From Candidatus Nitrosomirales archaeon (GTDB lineage Archaea > Thermoproteota > Nitrososphaeria > Nitrososphaerales > UBA213), in contig JBMCYV010000012.1 of the NCBI GenBank assembly GCA_049199595.1, positions 3,660-67,659 of the forward strand: DNA of 64,000 bases, given 5' to 3'. The notes under the pieces are model-generated. The model was given only the letters and a program-made list of their open reading frames with translations, was not told the origin of the DNA and searched no databases. Of the stretch, positions 55,080 to 64,000 are shown in pieces (the first letter of the stretch is position 1; each line of letters starts with the position of its first letter). The translations under genes and the position numbers were made by a program.

Positions 55080-56651
55080 ATGGTAGTCATTACACTTGCA
55101 CTCGATGGGTTTGACGAAAACCTATTTCAGTTAGAAGAATTCGGAAGCATACGTGATCTCTTTAGGAACAACCCTTCATCTCCTCTTCAAAGTACGCTCC
55201 CTGCTCTAACTCCTTCTGCCTTTGTCTCTATGCAGACTGGCAAGGATGTCGGAAAACACGGAGTATCTGGTTTTCTTAGATTCGATGGCTCATCCGCACG
55301 TCCTTACACAGGATCTGACATAAAGGACAAGACATTTTATGAAATTCTCTCAGAGCAGGGAAAGAAATGTTTCTTATTGAGTATGCCGTACAGCTATCCC
55401 GCTCGTATACATGGCGATGTAGTATTTGATTGGCTTTCAATAGGTAAGGCACATACCCATGACTGTGTTTATCCGTCCACGCTGTTCGAATCTTATCCTG
55501 AATTATATGATTACAAGGTATTTCCAGATGGAGGTAATGGGATGGTCGATTACATGCAAGATGTCAAAAAGTCCTCAGAAGCACTTGATAGGATAATAAG
55601 ACATGTCATATCGTCAAAAAGATATGATTACAATTTCTTCTTGATAAGAGCGACTGATTGGATACAACATTCCATGTTGAGCCAAATAATGAATGGCGAC
55701 AAATCTGCCAAAGTTAGAATTGCAAGGGAAGCTTTTGCCGTTATAGATAAGACTGTCAGATATGTTGCAGAAAATATCCGAGGTGACGATCAATTGGTCG
55801 TAATGTCTGATCATGGGTTTAAAACCTACAAACATCGGTTCTACATCAATGATTGGTTGAAAGAGAACGGTTATGTAGTGACATCAAACAAGACTACGGA
55901 TTCATTAGAGAAGACCAAATATCCATTCTTGTTTGATGATGACTCGATAGGCTCAACGAATACGTCACATGTGCCCGGTTTCATAAGCAGGATAATGCGA
56001 GAACATCACACTCTTATGAGAACCGCTGGACACTTTAGAGGCAAGCTTGAACATATGCTGAACCGACGCTTTGTTCTTAGTCAACCTATAGATCTGGACA
56101 AATCGGAGGCATTCGCAGTAGAAGAGTCCGCTGGAGCTATATTTCTAAACAAGAAAATGTTATCTGAGGACCAAGTGCTGGATACGAAGAAGGAGATTCT
56201 GTCTAAACTAGGCTCTATCAAGGAGATTGAAACATTTGATAGCAGAGCAATGTATGGTCCTTCAGCAGCAAGTACAGTACCAGACATATATCTCAGCTCT
56301 TCAAAGTATTGGATAAGACGAGGTTTGGTTGGGACTGTTTTCTCTGATATCTACCAAGACCATCACAGGAGGCAAGGGATTCTTGTATTATCTGGAGATG
56401 CCTTTGAAAAGGCCCCAACCAATCCTACCATGATGGATCTAGCACCCACTATACTTCACATGTTTAATTGTCCCGTACCTGAGGATATGGACGGAAGGGT
56501 TCTCCATGAGTCACTAAAGAGCTCATCAGAGCAAGCAAAGAGACCTGTCAAGTATGTCCAATCCAGTGCTTCAACTGTTCAGGAACAAGTTCTATCAAAA
56601 GCCGAACAGGAATTGATAGAAGACCGCCTGAAGTCTTTGGGATACATGTGA
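55080..56651 (+). CDS. alkaline-phosphatase-superfamily protein (NPP type), second copy
   Basis: VITLALDGFD.., ..STLPALTPSAFVSMQTGKDVGKHGVSGF.., ..VMSDHGF... A distant paralog of 52392..53804. Confidence 0.7.
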   Translation: MVVITLALDGFDENLFQLEEFGSIRDLFRNNPSSPLQSTLPALTPSAFVSMQTGKDVGKHGVSGFLRFDGSSARPYTGSDIKDKTFYEILSEQGKKCFLLSMPYSYPARIHGDVVFDWLSIGKAHTHDCVYPSTLFESYPELYDYKVFPDGGNGMVDYMQDVKKSSEALDRIIRHVISSKRYDYNFFLIRATDWIQHSMLSQIMNGDKSAKVRIAREAFAVIDKTVRYVAENIRGDDQLVVMSDHGFKTYKHRFYINDWLKENGYVVTSNKTTDSLEKTKYPFLFDDDSIGSTNTSHVPGFISRIMREHHTLMRTAGHFRGKLEHMLNRRFVLSQPIDLDKSEAFAVEESAGAIFLNKKMLSEDQVLDTKKEILSKLGSIKEIETFDSRAMYGPSAASTVPDIYLSSSKYWIRRGLVGTVFSDIYQDHHRRQGILVLSGDAFEKAPTNPTMMDLAPTILHMFNCPVPEDMDGRVLHESLKSSSEQAKRPVKYVQSSASTVQEQVLSKAEQELIEDRLKSLGYM

Positions 56652-56793
56652 GTAGTGTTCCTATGGAAGAGCCCTCGAATCCGGAGAAATTCATCAAACG
56701 ACGATTAAATACCCCGTGATACCTAATTACCGCCGATATTTTCTATACTAACTCAAATATATGTCCATGATGGCTTCACTGAAGCGTTAGATC

Positions 56794-59700
56794 ATGCCTA
56801 TCGAAAGAAAGGCTCTTAGTATCCTGGTAGTGTGTATGATACTAGCAAGTATTCTTGGAAATTCAGGCTTATTGCTAGCCGGAACAGGATTTCATCACGC
56901 CTTTGCAAATGAGCCGCCGGTAGCTAACGCTGGTGATGATCAAGCAGTTGACGAGGGATTCCAAGTTACCCTAAATGGTTCAGCAAGTGACCATCCAGAC
57001 GACAATCCGATAACCTATTTCTGGAACCAGACGAGTGGTCCCTCGGTTGGTCTAGATGATCCTGCTTCTGCCACACCTTCATTTACAGCTCCACAAGTAA
57101 GCCCTGCAAATGCCACCCTTACTTTCCAACTAACTGTCAATGATGACATAGGTGGGAATGACACTGATTCTGTAGAAGTAATAGTAAACAACGTCCCTAT
57201 GGCTCCCGTCGCTGATGCCGGACCTGACCAGAGTGTAAGCGAAAGTACCCCTGTCTCTTTGGATGGTACAGCTAGTTCTGACGCAGATGGTGATACGCTA
57301 ACATATTCATGGAATCAGATAAATGGAACGGCTATAGCACTATTGAACGCTACTACAGCTGAACCATCATTCAATGCGCCAGAGGTTACATCCGGAGGCG
57401 AGACACTCACCTTCGAGCTAACAGTTGATGATGGCAATGGTGGGAATGCTACCGACATTGTGAACATAATTGTAAATAATATCAACCAAAGCCCTGTAGC
57501 TGATGCAGGCATAGATCAGTCGGTGATTGAGGAAGGAGTTGTTATGTTGAATGGCTCGGGAAGCAGTGACCCGGATAGCGATCCATTAACATATTTCTGG
57601 AACCAGACAGCTGGCATTGCTGTTACGCTAGTAAATGCCACTACTATAACTCCAACCTTCGTGTCTCCCTCGATACCCAATGGTACTGAAATCCTTACTT
57701 TCGAACTCATCGTAGATGACGGCTTTCTTGCTTCAGATACAGATAGTGTCAATATTACAGTTAATGATTCATCTCCTCCAGACGGCGCACCCCCCATCGC
57801 TAACGCTGGTTCTAACCTAACTGTAGATGAAGGGACTAATGTCATATTAGATGGAACTGCCAGCAGCGACTCAGACGGTACCATTTCATCTTTTTCATGG
57901 AACCAGACATCTGGTACAGTAGTTGCGCTGGACAATGATACGTCTGCCATGCCATCATTTGATGCTCCAGACATTGATGATAGTGAGATCCTATCATTTA
58001 ATTTGATAGTGACTGATAACGATGGTAATACTAGCTCCGACAGTATTAGCATAACAGTTATCGACTCTACAGCTACTGCTAATTCTTCGCCGACAGCTAA
58101 CGCCGGACCTGACCAGACTGTAAATGAAGGCATACTTGTTACCCTAGATGGTACAGCTAGCTCTGACCCAGATGGTGACACTTTGACGTATTCTTGGGCG
58201 CAGACGAGTGGTCTACCAGTCGAGTTGGTTGGTGCCAATACCAGTACTCCTTCTTTTACAGCTCCAGAAGTAAACTTTACAGGTGCTATCCTCACTTTCC
58301 AGCTGACTGTCGATGACGGCTTGGGTGGTAACGCTTTTGATACTGTTAATGTTACAATTAATAACCTTCAAGGGTATCATTACCTGCCGTCATTTATTGC
58401 CGATGGCACTAATTACTTTGATACTAATCATCACCCCTCACTCAGCCTAGAAACGTTCAGCCTGGCCACTTGGTTCAAGACCACAAAGAACTATGCTACT
58501 TCTACCACCAAATCTGTGATTGCAAACAAGGGCGGCTTTGGAATAGATGCCCCAGGCCAGAACATGAACTATGGCATATGGGTTGATAATGGCTCTACTA
58601 ACGGCAACAAGATAGAAGCAGGATTTGAAATATCTGCCGGCCCAGATGTCTTTGTAAGGTCTCCTGGAACGTACAATGACGGCCAATGGCACTATGCCGT
58701 TCTTACATATGACAAGTCAGTGCTAAGACTATACATAGATGGAGCGCAGGCAGCTAGCAAGTCTACTACTGCCATACCAGACAACATTGGAACTCAGCCA
58801 CTAAGGATTGGCGCAGATGCACTGGAGGGAAAGAGATTCTTCTCTGGCGAGATTGATGAAGAAAGAGTGTGGAATAGAGCCATCAGTAGTAAAGAGATTA
58901 TAGATCAGTATAATCAGGGCATTTTAGATACAAGCGGGTTGCTTGTACATATGGATGGAGTGAGTAATAACGTCGCTCCCATAGCAAATGCCGGACCTGA
59001 CCAGACTGTAAATGAAGGCGTGCTTGTTACTCTAGATGGCACAGCTAGCTCAGACCCCGACGGTGACGCACTGTCATATTCATGGACCCAGACAGCTGGA
59101 CCTTCAGTAACGCTAACTGGTGCCAACACGGCTACACCGTCATTTACGGCTCCAAATGTTCCTACTAGTGGTAATACCCTTACCTTTAAGCTGACAGTCA
59201 ACGATGGACATTCAAAAATTAGAGGAGGAACGACAACTGATAATGTCAACATCTCTGTTCAGAATGTCAATCAGCCACCAGTAGCTAATGCCGGCACCAA
59301 TCAGACAGTTGGCGAAGGTACTCTTGTTACCCTTGACGGAACAGCCAGTTCTGACCCAGACGGTGACGCACTGTCATATTCATGGACCCAGACAGCTGGA
59401 CCTTCAGTAACGCTAACTGGTGCCAACACGGCTACACCGACGTTTACTGCTCCAGAAGTTCGGCTTGGAGGCGACGTGCTCACCTTTAGGCTCACTGTAA
59501 ATGATGGAAAGGGTGGCACTTCGACTGATGATGTTGATGTCACCGTGCAGAATGTCAATCAGCCACCAGTAGCTAATGCCGGACCTGACCAGATTGTAAA
59601 TGAAGGCGTACTTGTTACTTTACAGGGTACAGCTAGTTCTGACCCGGACAGCTACCCGCAACCGCTAACATTTCTCTGGGAGCAGGTTGACTCATCAGGA

Positions 59701-62700
59701 TTGACCATTACTTTATCCGATGCAACCTCTGCTACACCGACATTTACTGCACCAGACATAAGTGTCAGCAGCACTGTGGTAACGTTTAGACTGACTGTCA
59801 ACGATGGAGCGGCAAGTAATACGGATACCGTCAACATTACAATCAACAATGTAGGCGCCGCTGGCTATCACTACTCTCCTTCTTATATTGCAGGCGGAGC
59901 TAGCTATACAGACGTACCAGATAATCTGTCATTACGCCTAGAGCAATTCACTCTGGCCACCTGGTTCAAGACAAGCAAAGACTACTCCACTGCCACTGCC
60001 AAATCCGTGATTGTAAACAAGGGCGGCTTTGGAATAGATGCCCCAGGCAAAAACATGAACTATGGCATATGGGTCGACTTTGGTTCTACTAACGGCAACA
60101 AGATAGAAGCAGGATTTGAAACATCTGCCGGTCCAGACATTTTTGTAAGGTCGCCTCTGAGGTACAATGACGGCCAATGGCACTATGCCGTTCTTACATA
60201 TGACAAGTCAGTGCTAAGACTATACATAGATGGAGCGCAGGTAGCCAGTAAATCCACTACTGCTGTACCAGATACAACGGGAAATCAGCCATTGAGAATA
60301 GGTGCAGATGCACTAGAAGGAAAGCGGTTCTTTACTGGCGAGATTGATGAGGTAAGAGTGTGGAACAGCATGATAAGCGACGCAGAGGTTGCAGACCAGT
60401 ACAATCAGGGAATTTTCAACACAGTAGGATTGCGTCTACATTTCAACGGTGTCAGTGCTAATCAGTACCCATTCGTCAATGCAGGTTCTGATCAGGTAGC
60501 AATTGAAGGTACTCTTGTTACCCTTGACGGAACAGCCAGTTCTGACCCAGACGGTGACGCACTGTCATATTCATGGACCCAGACAGCTGGACCTTCAGTA
60601 ACGCTAACTGGTGCCAACACGGCTACACCGACGTTTACTGCTCCAGAAGTTGGCATTGGTGGCGACGTGCTCACCTTTAGGCTCACTGTAAATGATGGAA
60701 AGGGTGGCACTTCGACTGATGATGCTGATGTAGTTATACAACACACCAACCAGCCACCAGTAGCGAACGCAGGGCTTGACCAAAATGCGAATGAAGGTAC
60801 CGATCCAGTTATTCTGCTTGGTGCCGACAGCTCAGACCCCGACGGAGACCCTTTGACATACTCTTGGATGCAAACAGCTGGGCCAACAGTATTCTTGGAT
60901 GATCCTAATGCCGAAAACCCATCATTCACCGCTCCGATTGTTGCATTTGATGTCACATTAAGCTTTTCACTTACAGTAAGCGACGGAAGCTCGAATAGTA
61001 CAGCTAGCGTCAACGTGATGGTCATTAATACAGCTGGAGGCTATAACTACTCACCTGCTTTCCCAGCAACAGGATCTTCATCTTTTAGCATTACACACCA
61101 TCCTTCGCTCAGCTTACAGAAATTCAGCCTAGCTGCCTGGTTTAAGACCACAAAGGACTATGCGCCTCTTACTGTCAAGTCAGTGATTGCCAACAAGGGT
61201 GGCTTTGGTTTTGAAGACCCAGGCAAAAACATGAACTATGGCATATGGGTTGAAAATGGTTCAACCGATGGTAACAAAATAGGTGGAGGGTTTGAAACAT
61301 CAGCCGGCCCAGATATCTTCTTGAAGTCTAGCGCCAAATACAATGACGGCCAATGGCACTATGCGGTTCTTACTCATGATGGCTCTATCCTTAGGCTATA
61401 TGTAGACGGTACGGAGGTCGCTTTCAGGTCAGGAGGAGCACCAGATACAACAGGAACTCAGCCATTGAGAATAGGCGCAAACTCTCTTCAAAATGACAGA
61501 TACTTTACCGGTGAAATAGACGAGGTGAGAGTATGGAGCCGAGCATTAGTCACACCCGAGATTTCTGAACAGTACTTCTCTGGGATATTCAGTCTAGATG
61601 GGCAGTTAGTACATATGAATGGGGTAAGCTATGATAGTACTCCAATAACAAGTGCCGGACCTGACCAAACAGTCAATGAAGGCGACCCTGTCTCATTAAC
61701 CAGCACAGGTACCTCAGACCCAGACGGACAACCAATAACATATTCATGGATCCAGACAGCTGGGCCATCCGTAACACTGACTGGAGCCAGCACGCCCAAC
61801 CCCTCGTTTACAGCACCAACTGTCGCATTTAATGTCACATTAAGCTTTTCACTAACTGTAAGTGATGGACAACTTCAGTCTACCGACTTTGTTAACATCA
61901 ATGTTATCAATACTGCAGGTGGCTATAGGTACGCGCCTGCTTACACTTTTTCAGGTAATCAATATATTGATGTACCGGACAGCGCAACTTTACACTTACA
62001 GAGATTTAGCGTAGCTGCCTGGTTCAAGACACCTTCAACATCTACATCACAAGCAATGATTGTCAATAAAGGAGGATTCGGAACTGACTTGGGAGGTCAG
62101 AATATGAATTATGGAATATGGCTAGAAAATACCCAGAAGGTCAGCGCAGGATTTGAAAAGCTAGACGGTACTGATATATTTCTCACATCATCAGCAACGT
62201 ATAATGACGGCTTGTTGCACTATGCCGTCCTCACCTATGATGGCTCAACGCTCCGCCTATACATAGATGGGTTACAGATAGCTAGTAGACCCACTACATC
62301 TTCACCAGATACAACAGGAACCCAGCCATTGAGAATAGGCGCAAACTCTCTTCAAAATGACAGATACTTTACCGGTGAAATAGACGAGGTGAGAGTATGG
62401 AGCAGCGCGCTCACACAAGCTGATATATCGAACCAATATTTCTCAGGTATAATTAGCGAAAGCGACCAAGTTCAACATGTAGACATGGCACACGTACCCT
62501 TGGCTAATCCTGGATCTATTCAGGTTGTGACAGAGAATAATCAAGGATCTCTTGATGGAACAGGTAGTTTTGATCCAGATGCAGCTGCATTAACTTACTC
62601 TTGGATCAGATTATCGGGTCAAAATGTAACGATAACAAATGCTAACCGCGCTACAGCCTTCTTCACAGCTCCAGATGTTGTGGGCGAAAAAAGTCTGGTT

Positions 62701-63690
62701 TTCCAGCTTTCTGTCAATGATGGATCTTACACGGCTACAAATACTGTGAGAAAGGTTGTAATAGATTCAAACATCCAGAACACATTACTAAAAACACCAG
62801 ATTATATGAATGATATTGCAAGCGAGATTGACAATGCAACATCATCTGTACATGCGGCCATGTTTTATGTCGAACCTTATTCGACTAACAAGGTAATTGA
62901 TGCACTAGAGAGAGCAGTGGATAGAGGAGTTGAAGTTAGGCTAGTGTTTTCTGATCATACCCTGCAACAGTATCCTGATACGCCCACTCTGCTAACCGAC
63001 AAGGGAATACCGTATGTGATAATCTCGAACCACTTCAAAGTAGTTGTAATTGATAACAAAATTGCATACGTGGGGTCTGCTAACTGGAACAAGAATGGCT
63101 TGGAACGCAATCGTGAACTGACGCTGAAGACCAACAGCCCGGACACAGTGGCCGAAGCTTACGACCTGCTCAACATATTGTGGCTTCAAGGGAGCAAGAA
63201 GGTAGTCGTTAATGACTTTTACTACGAGCGATTCGCAAACGGCTTCGAGTACAATAATCTTCTTTTAGAAAGTATAAAGAATGCTCAGAGCATCAAAGTA
63301 CTTATGTTTATGGTGGACTATAATTCCACAAATATGAACGCGCCAGAAACTAAATTACTAAACGAAGTTAGAAGCGCGTACCAAAGAGGTGCTAATGTTC
63401 AGATGGTCCTAGATGACCCGAAATATTTTGAGGTACCAGGGGGCGGACATTTCTTCACTAGGAACAACGTACCACACAAGCTGGACCAAAAGAACATAGG
63501 GACTGATGAGAGATTGCATGCAAAAGCCATTCTCGTCGACGATCAAATGCTATTCGTAGGCTCGCAGAACTGGCATGACGATCATTTGGATTCGGCTCAG
63601 GATGCTTCAATTATTACCAGAAACCCACAGGCAATTGCCGATTATCTCACGATATTCAATAATGAGTGGAGCCTGGCACACGATCCCTAG
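56794..63690 (+). CDS. giant secreted repeat protein: ~12 PKD-like modules, 4 LamG modules, C-terminal two-HKD phospholipase-D-like domain
   Basis: Signal peptide. Architecture PKD x5 - LamG - PKD x3 - LamG - PKD x2 - LamG - PKD - LamG - PKD - PLD. PKD consensus ANAGPDQTVNEG.LVTLDGTASSDPDGD.L.YSW.QT.GP.V.L. LamG consensus F.LA.WFKT...Y......NKGGFG...PG.NMNYGIW...YNDGQWHYAVLTYD...LRLYIDG. Confidence 0.9.
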   Translation: MPIERKALSILVVCMILASILGNSGLLLAGTGFHHAFANEPPVANAGDDQAVDEGFQVTLNGSASDHPDDNPITYFWNQTSGPSVGLDDPASATPSFTAPQVSPANATLTFQLTVNDDIGGNDTDSVEVIVNNVPMAPVADAGPDQSVSESTPVSLDGTASSDADGDTLTYSWNQINGTAIALLNATTAEPSFNAPEVTSGGETLTFELTVDDGNGGNATDIVNIIVNNINQSPVADAGIDQSVIEEGVVMLNGSGSSDPDSDPLTYFWNQTAGIAVTLVNATTITPTFVSPSIPNGTEILTFELIVDDGFLASDTDSVNITVNDSSPPDGAPPIANAGSNLTVDEGTNVILDGTASSDSDGTISSFSWNQTSGTVVALDNDTSAMPSFDAPDIDDSEILSFNLIVTDNDGNTSSDSISITVIDSTATANSSPTANAGPDQTVNEGILVTLDGTASSDPDGDTLTYSWAQTSGLPVELVGANTSTPSFTAPEVNFTGAILTFQLTVDDGLGGNAFDTVNVTINNLQGYHYLPSFIADGTNYFDTNHHPSLSLETFSLATWFKTTKNYATSTTKSVIANKGGFGIDAPGQNMNYGIWVDNGSTNGNKIEAGFEISAGPDVFVRSPGTYNDGQWHYAVLTYDKSVLRLYIDGAQAASKSTTAIPDNIGTQPLRIGADALEGKRFFSGEIDEERVWNRAISSKEIIDQYNQGILDTSGLLVHMDGVSNNVAPIANAGPDQTVNEGVLVTLDGTASSDPDGDALSYSWTQTAGPSVTLTGANTATPSFTAPNVPTSGNTLTFKLTVNDGHSKIRGGTTTDNVNISVQNVNQPPVANAGTNQTVGEGTLVTLDGTASSDPDGDALSYSWTQTAGPSVTLTGANTATPTFTAPEVRLGGDVLTFRLTVNDGKGGTSTDDVDVTVQNVNQPPVANAGPDQIVNEGVLVTLQGTASSDPDSYPQPLTFLWEQVDSSGLTITLSDATSATPTFTAPDISVSSTVVTFRLTVNDGAASNTDTVNITINNVGAAGYHYSPSYIAGGASYTDVPDNLSLRLEQFTLATWFKTSKDYSTATAKSVIVNKGGFGIDAPGKNMNYGIWVDFGSTNGNKIEAGFETSAGPDIFVRSPLRYNDGQWHYAVLTYDKSVLRLYIDGAQVASKSTTAVPDTTGNQPLRIGADALEGKRFFTGEIDEVRVWNSMISDAEVADQYNQGIFNTVGLRLHFNGVSANQYPFVNAGSDQVAIEGTLVTLDGTASSDPDGDALSYSWTQTAGPSVTLTGANTATPTFTAPEVGIGGDVLTFRLTVNDGKGGTSTDDADVVIQHTNQPPVANAGLDQNANEGTDPVILLGADSSDPDGDPLTYSWMQTAGPTVFLDDPNAENPSFTAPIVAFDVTLSFSLTVSDGSSNSTASVNVMVINTAGGYNYSPAFPATGSSSFSITHHPSLSLQKFSLAAWFKTTKDYAPLTVKSVIANKGGFGFEDPGKNMNYGIWVENGSTDGNKIGGGFETSAGPDIFLKSSAKYNDGQWHYAVLTHDGSILRLYVDGTEVAFRSGGAPDTTGTQPLRIGANSLQNDRYFTGEIDEVRVWSRALVTPEISEQYFSGIFSLDGQLVHMNGVSYDSTPITSAGPDQTVNEGDPVSLTSTGTSDPDGQPITYSWIQTAGPSVTLTGASTPNPSFTAPTVAFNVTLSFSLTVSDGQLQSTDFVNINVINTAGGYRYAPAYTFSGNQYIDVPDSATLHLQRFSVAAWFKTPSTSTSQAMIVNKGGFGTDLGGQNMNYGIWLENTQKVSAGFEKLDGTDIFLTSSATYNDGLLHYAVLTYDGSTLRLYIDGLQIASRPTTSSPDTTGTQPLRIGANSLQNDRYFTGEIDEVRVWSSALTQADISNQYFSGIISESDQVQHVDMAHVPLANPGSIQVVTENNQGSLDGTGSFDPDAAALTYSWIRLSGQNVTITNANRATAFFTAPDVVGEKSLVFQLSVNDGSYTATNTVRKVVIDSNIQNTLLKTPDYMNDIASEIDNATSSVHAAMFYVEPYSTNKVIDALERAVDRGVEVRLVFSDHTLQQYPDTPTLLTDKGIPYVIISNHFKVVVIDNKIAYVGSANWNKNGLERNRELTLKTNSPDTVAEAYDLLNILWLQGSKKVVVNDFYYERFANGFEYNNLLLESIKNAQSIKVLMFMVDYNSTNMNAPETKLLNEVRSAYQRGANVQMVLDDPKYFEVPGGGHFFTRNNVPHKLDQKNIGTDERLHAKAILVDDQMLFVGSQNWHDDHLDSAQDASIITRNPQAIADYLTIFNNEWSLAHDP
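59314..59533 (+). repeat. near-identical intragenic DNA repeat, copy b
   Basis: 220 nt with 4 mismatches to 60505..60724 (offset 1191 nt). Confidence 0.9.
60505..60724 (+). repeat. near-identical intragenic DNA repeat, copy c
   Basis: See 59314..59533. In addition, 58672..58750 is identical to 60163..60241 (LamG1 vs LamG2, offset 1491 nt). Confidence 0.9.
62771..63687 (+). other. PLD-superfamily domain with two HKD motifs
   Basis: HFKVVVIDNKIAYVGSANWN (His codon at 63031) and LHAKAILVDDQMLFVGSQNWH (His codon at 63517), each H-x-K-x4-D-x6-GS-x-N. Confidence 0.85.
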
Positions 63691-63922
63691 GATTACACCT
63701 TGCTCTTTTCAAAAGGTTTGGTCCCGAGACGAGCCAGCTAGCGCAGCAATGTGATTGGGACTTGCAAATTACGAGACTTCAGTAACGCGTATTACATTGG
63801 ATTGGAAGCCAAGGTGTATGTCTCACGGAGAAAGTTAATAAGAATAAATAGAGAAAGACTCTAGATCCTAATATAATAAAATTTAAAAGTAATCATCTTC
63901 TGCCTGCCAAGTGTTCAATCCA

Positions 63923-64000
63923 ATGAAGTCGATTCTAGAGTCTATTCTAGGTAGTAAATCACTTGTTTTTTTGGCAATAGGTCTGATTGTCCTATTGATG
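63923..64000 (+). CDS. start of a membrane protein (runs off the window)
   Basis: Own translation: MKSILESILGSKSLVFLAIGLIVLLM... Only 26 codons are visible. Confidence 0.25.
   Translation, partial: MKSILESILGSKSLVFLAIGLIVLLM

Noticed and set aside
57000-62700. Regular ~290-nt periodic repeats that could superficially resemble a repeat array.
   Set aside because: They are in-frame coding repeats (PKD-like modules) of one continuous 2298-codon ORF. There are no short direct repeats with unique spacers, so this is not a CRISPR array.

Overview
The window reads as an archaeal chromosome segment, most likely from an ammonia-oxidising thaumarchaeon (Nitrososphaeria-like). This taxonomic call is inference only. 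It rests on A/T-rich TATA-like boxes 25-30 nt upstream of start codons, frequent GTG/TTG starts, a glycerol-1-phosphate dehydrogenase, COG3432-type small wHTH regulators and PEFG-type C-terminal sorting signals. No rRNA, convincing tRNA, CRISPR array, transposase or integrase was found. The window has two parts. (i) 1-31 kb is a mosaic accessory region. It holds large repeat-rich secreted proteins (CHRD, thrombospondin type-3, RTX/LamG, cadherin/PKD-like), orphan signalling genes (receiver, MEDS, ArsR-type) and a VapBC module. It also holds two dispersed segmental duplications carrying small zinc-finger ORFs and decaying receiver fragments, several small paralogous ORF families and two apparent frameshifts. 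(ii) 31-64 kb is an unbroken plus-strand array of about 30 genes forming a surface-glycan/EPS-like supercluster. It includes GT2 and GT4 glycosyltransferases, a Wzx-like flippase, a polytopic GT-C/polymerase candidate, and a G1P-dehydrogenase + nucleotidyltransferase + CDP-alcohol phosphotransferase triad. It also includes an APS kinase flanked by two alkaline-phosphatase-superfamily proteins; a pyruvyl-transferase gene lies just upstream on the minus strand. The array ends in a 2298-aa PKD/LamG repeat protein with a C-terminal two-HKD phospholipase-D-like domain. The best candidate for a new system lies in the tightly packed 35.9-47.6 kb operon. There, an exosortase/archaeosortase-family membrane protein (38333..40579) carries Ser where the catalytic Cys is expected. 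It is fused to a zinc ribbon, an EpsI-like ectodomain and a cytoplasmic tail. The window also encodes five candidate substrates with two different C-terminal signals: PEFG-type and a PEP-CTERM-like PESPIG type. All calls come from reading the translations by eye. No database search was run.
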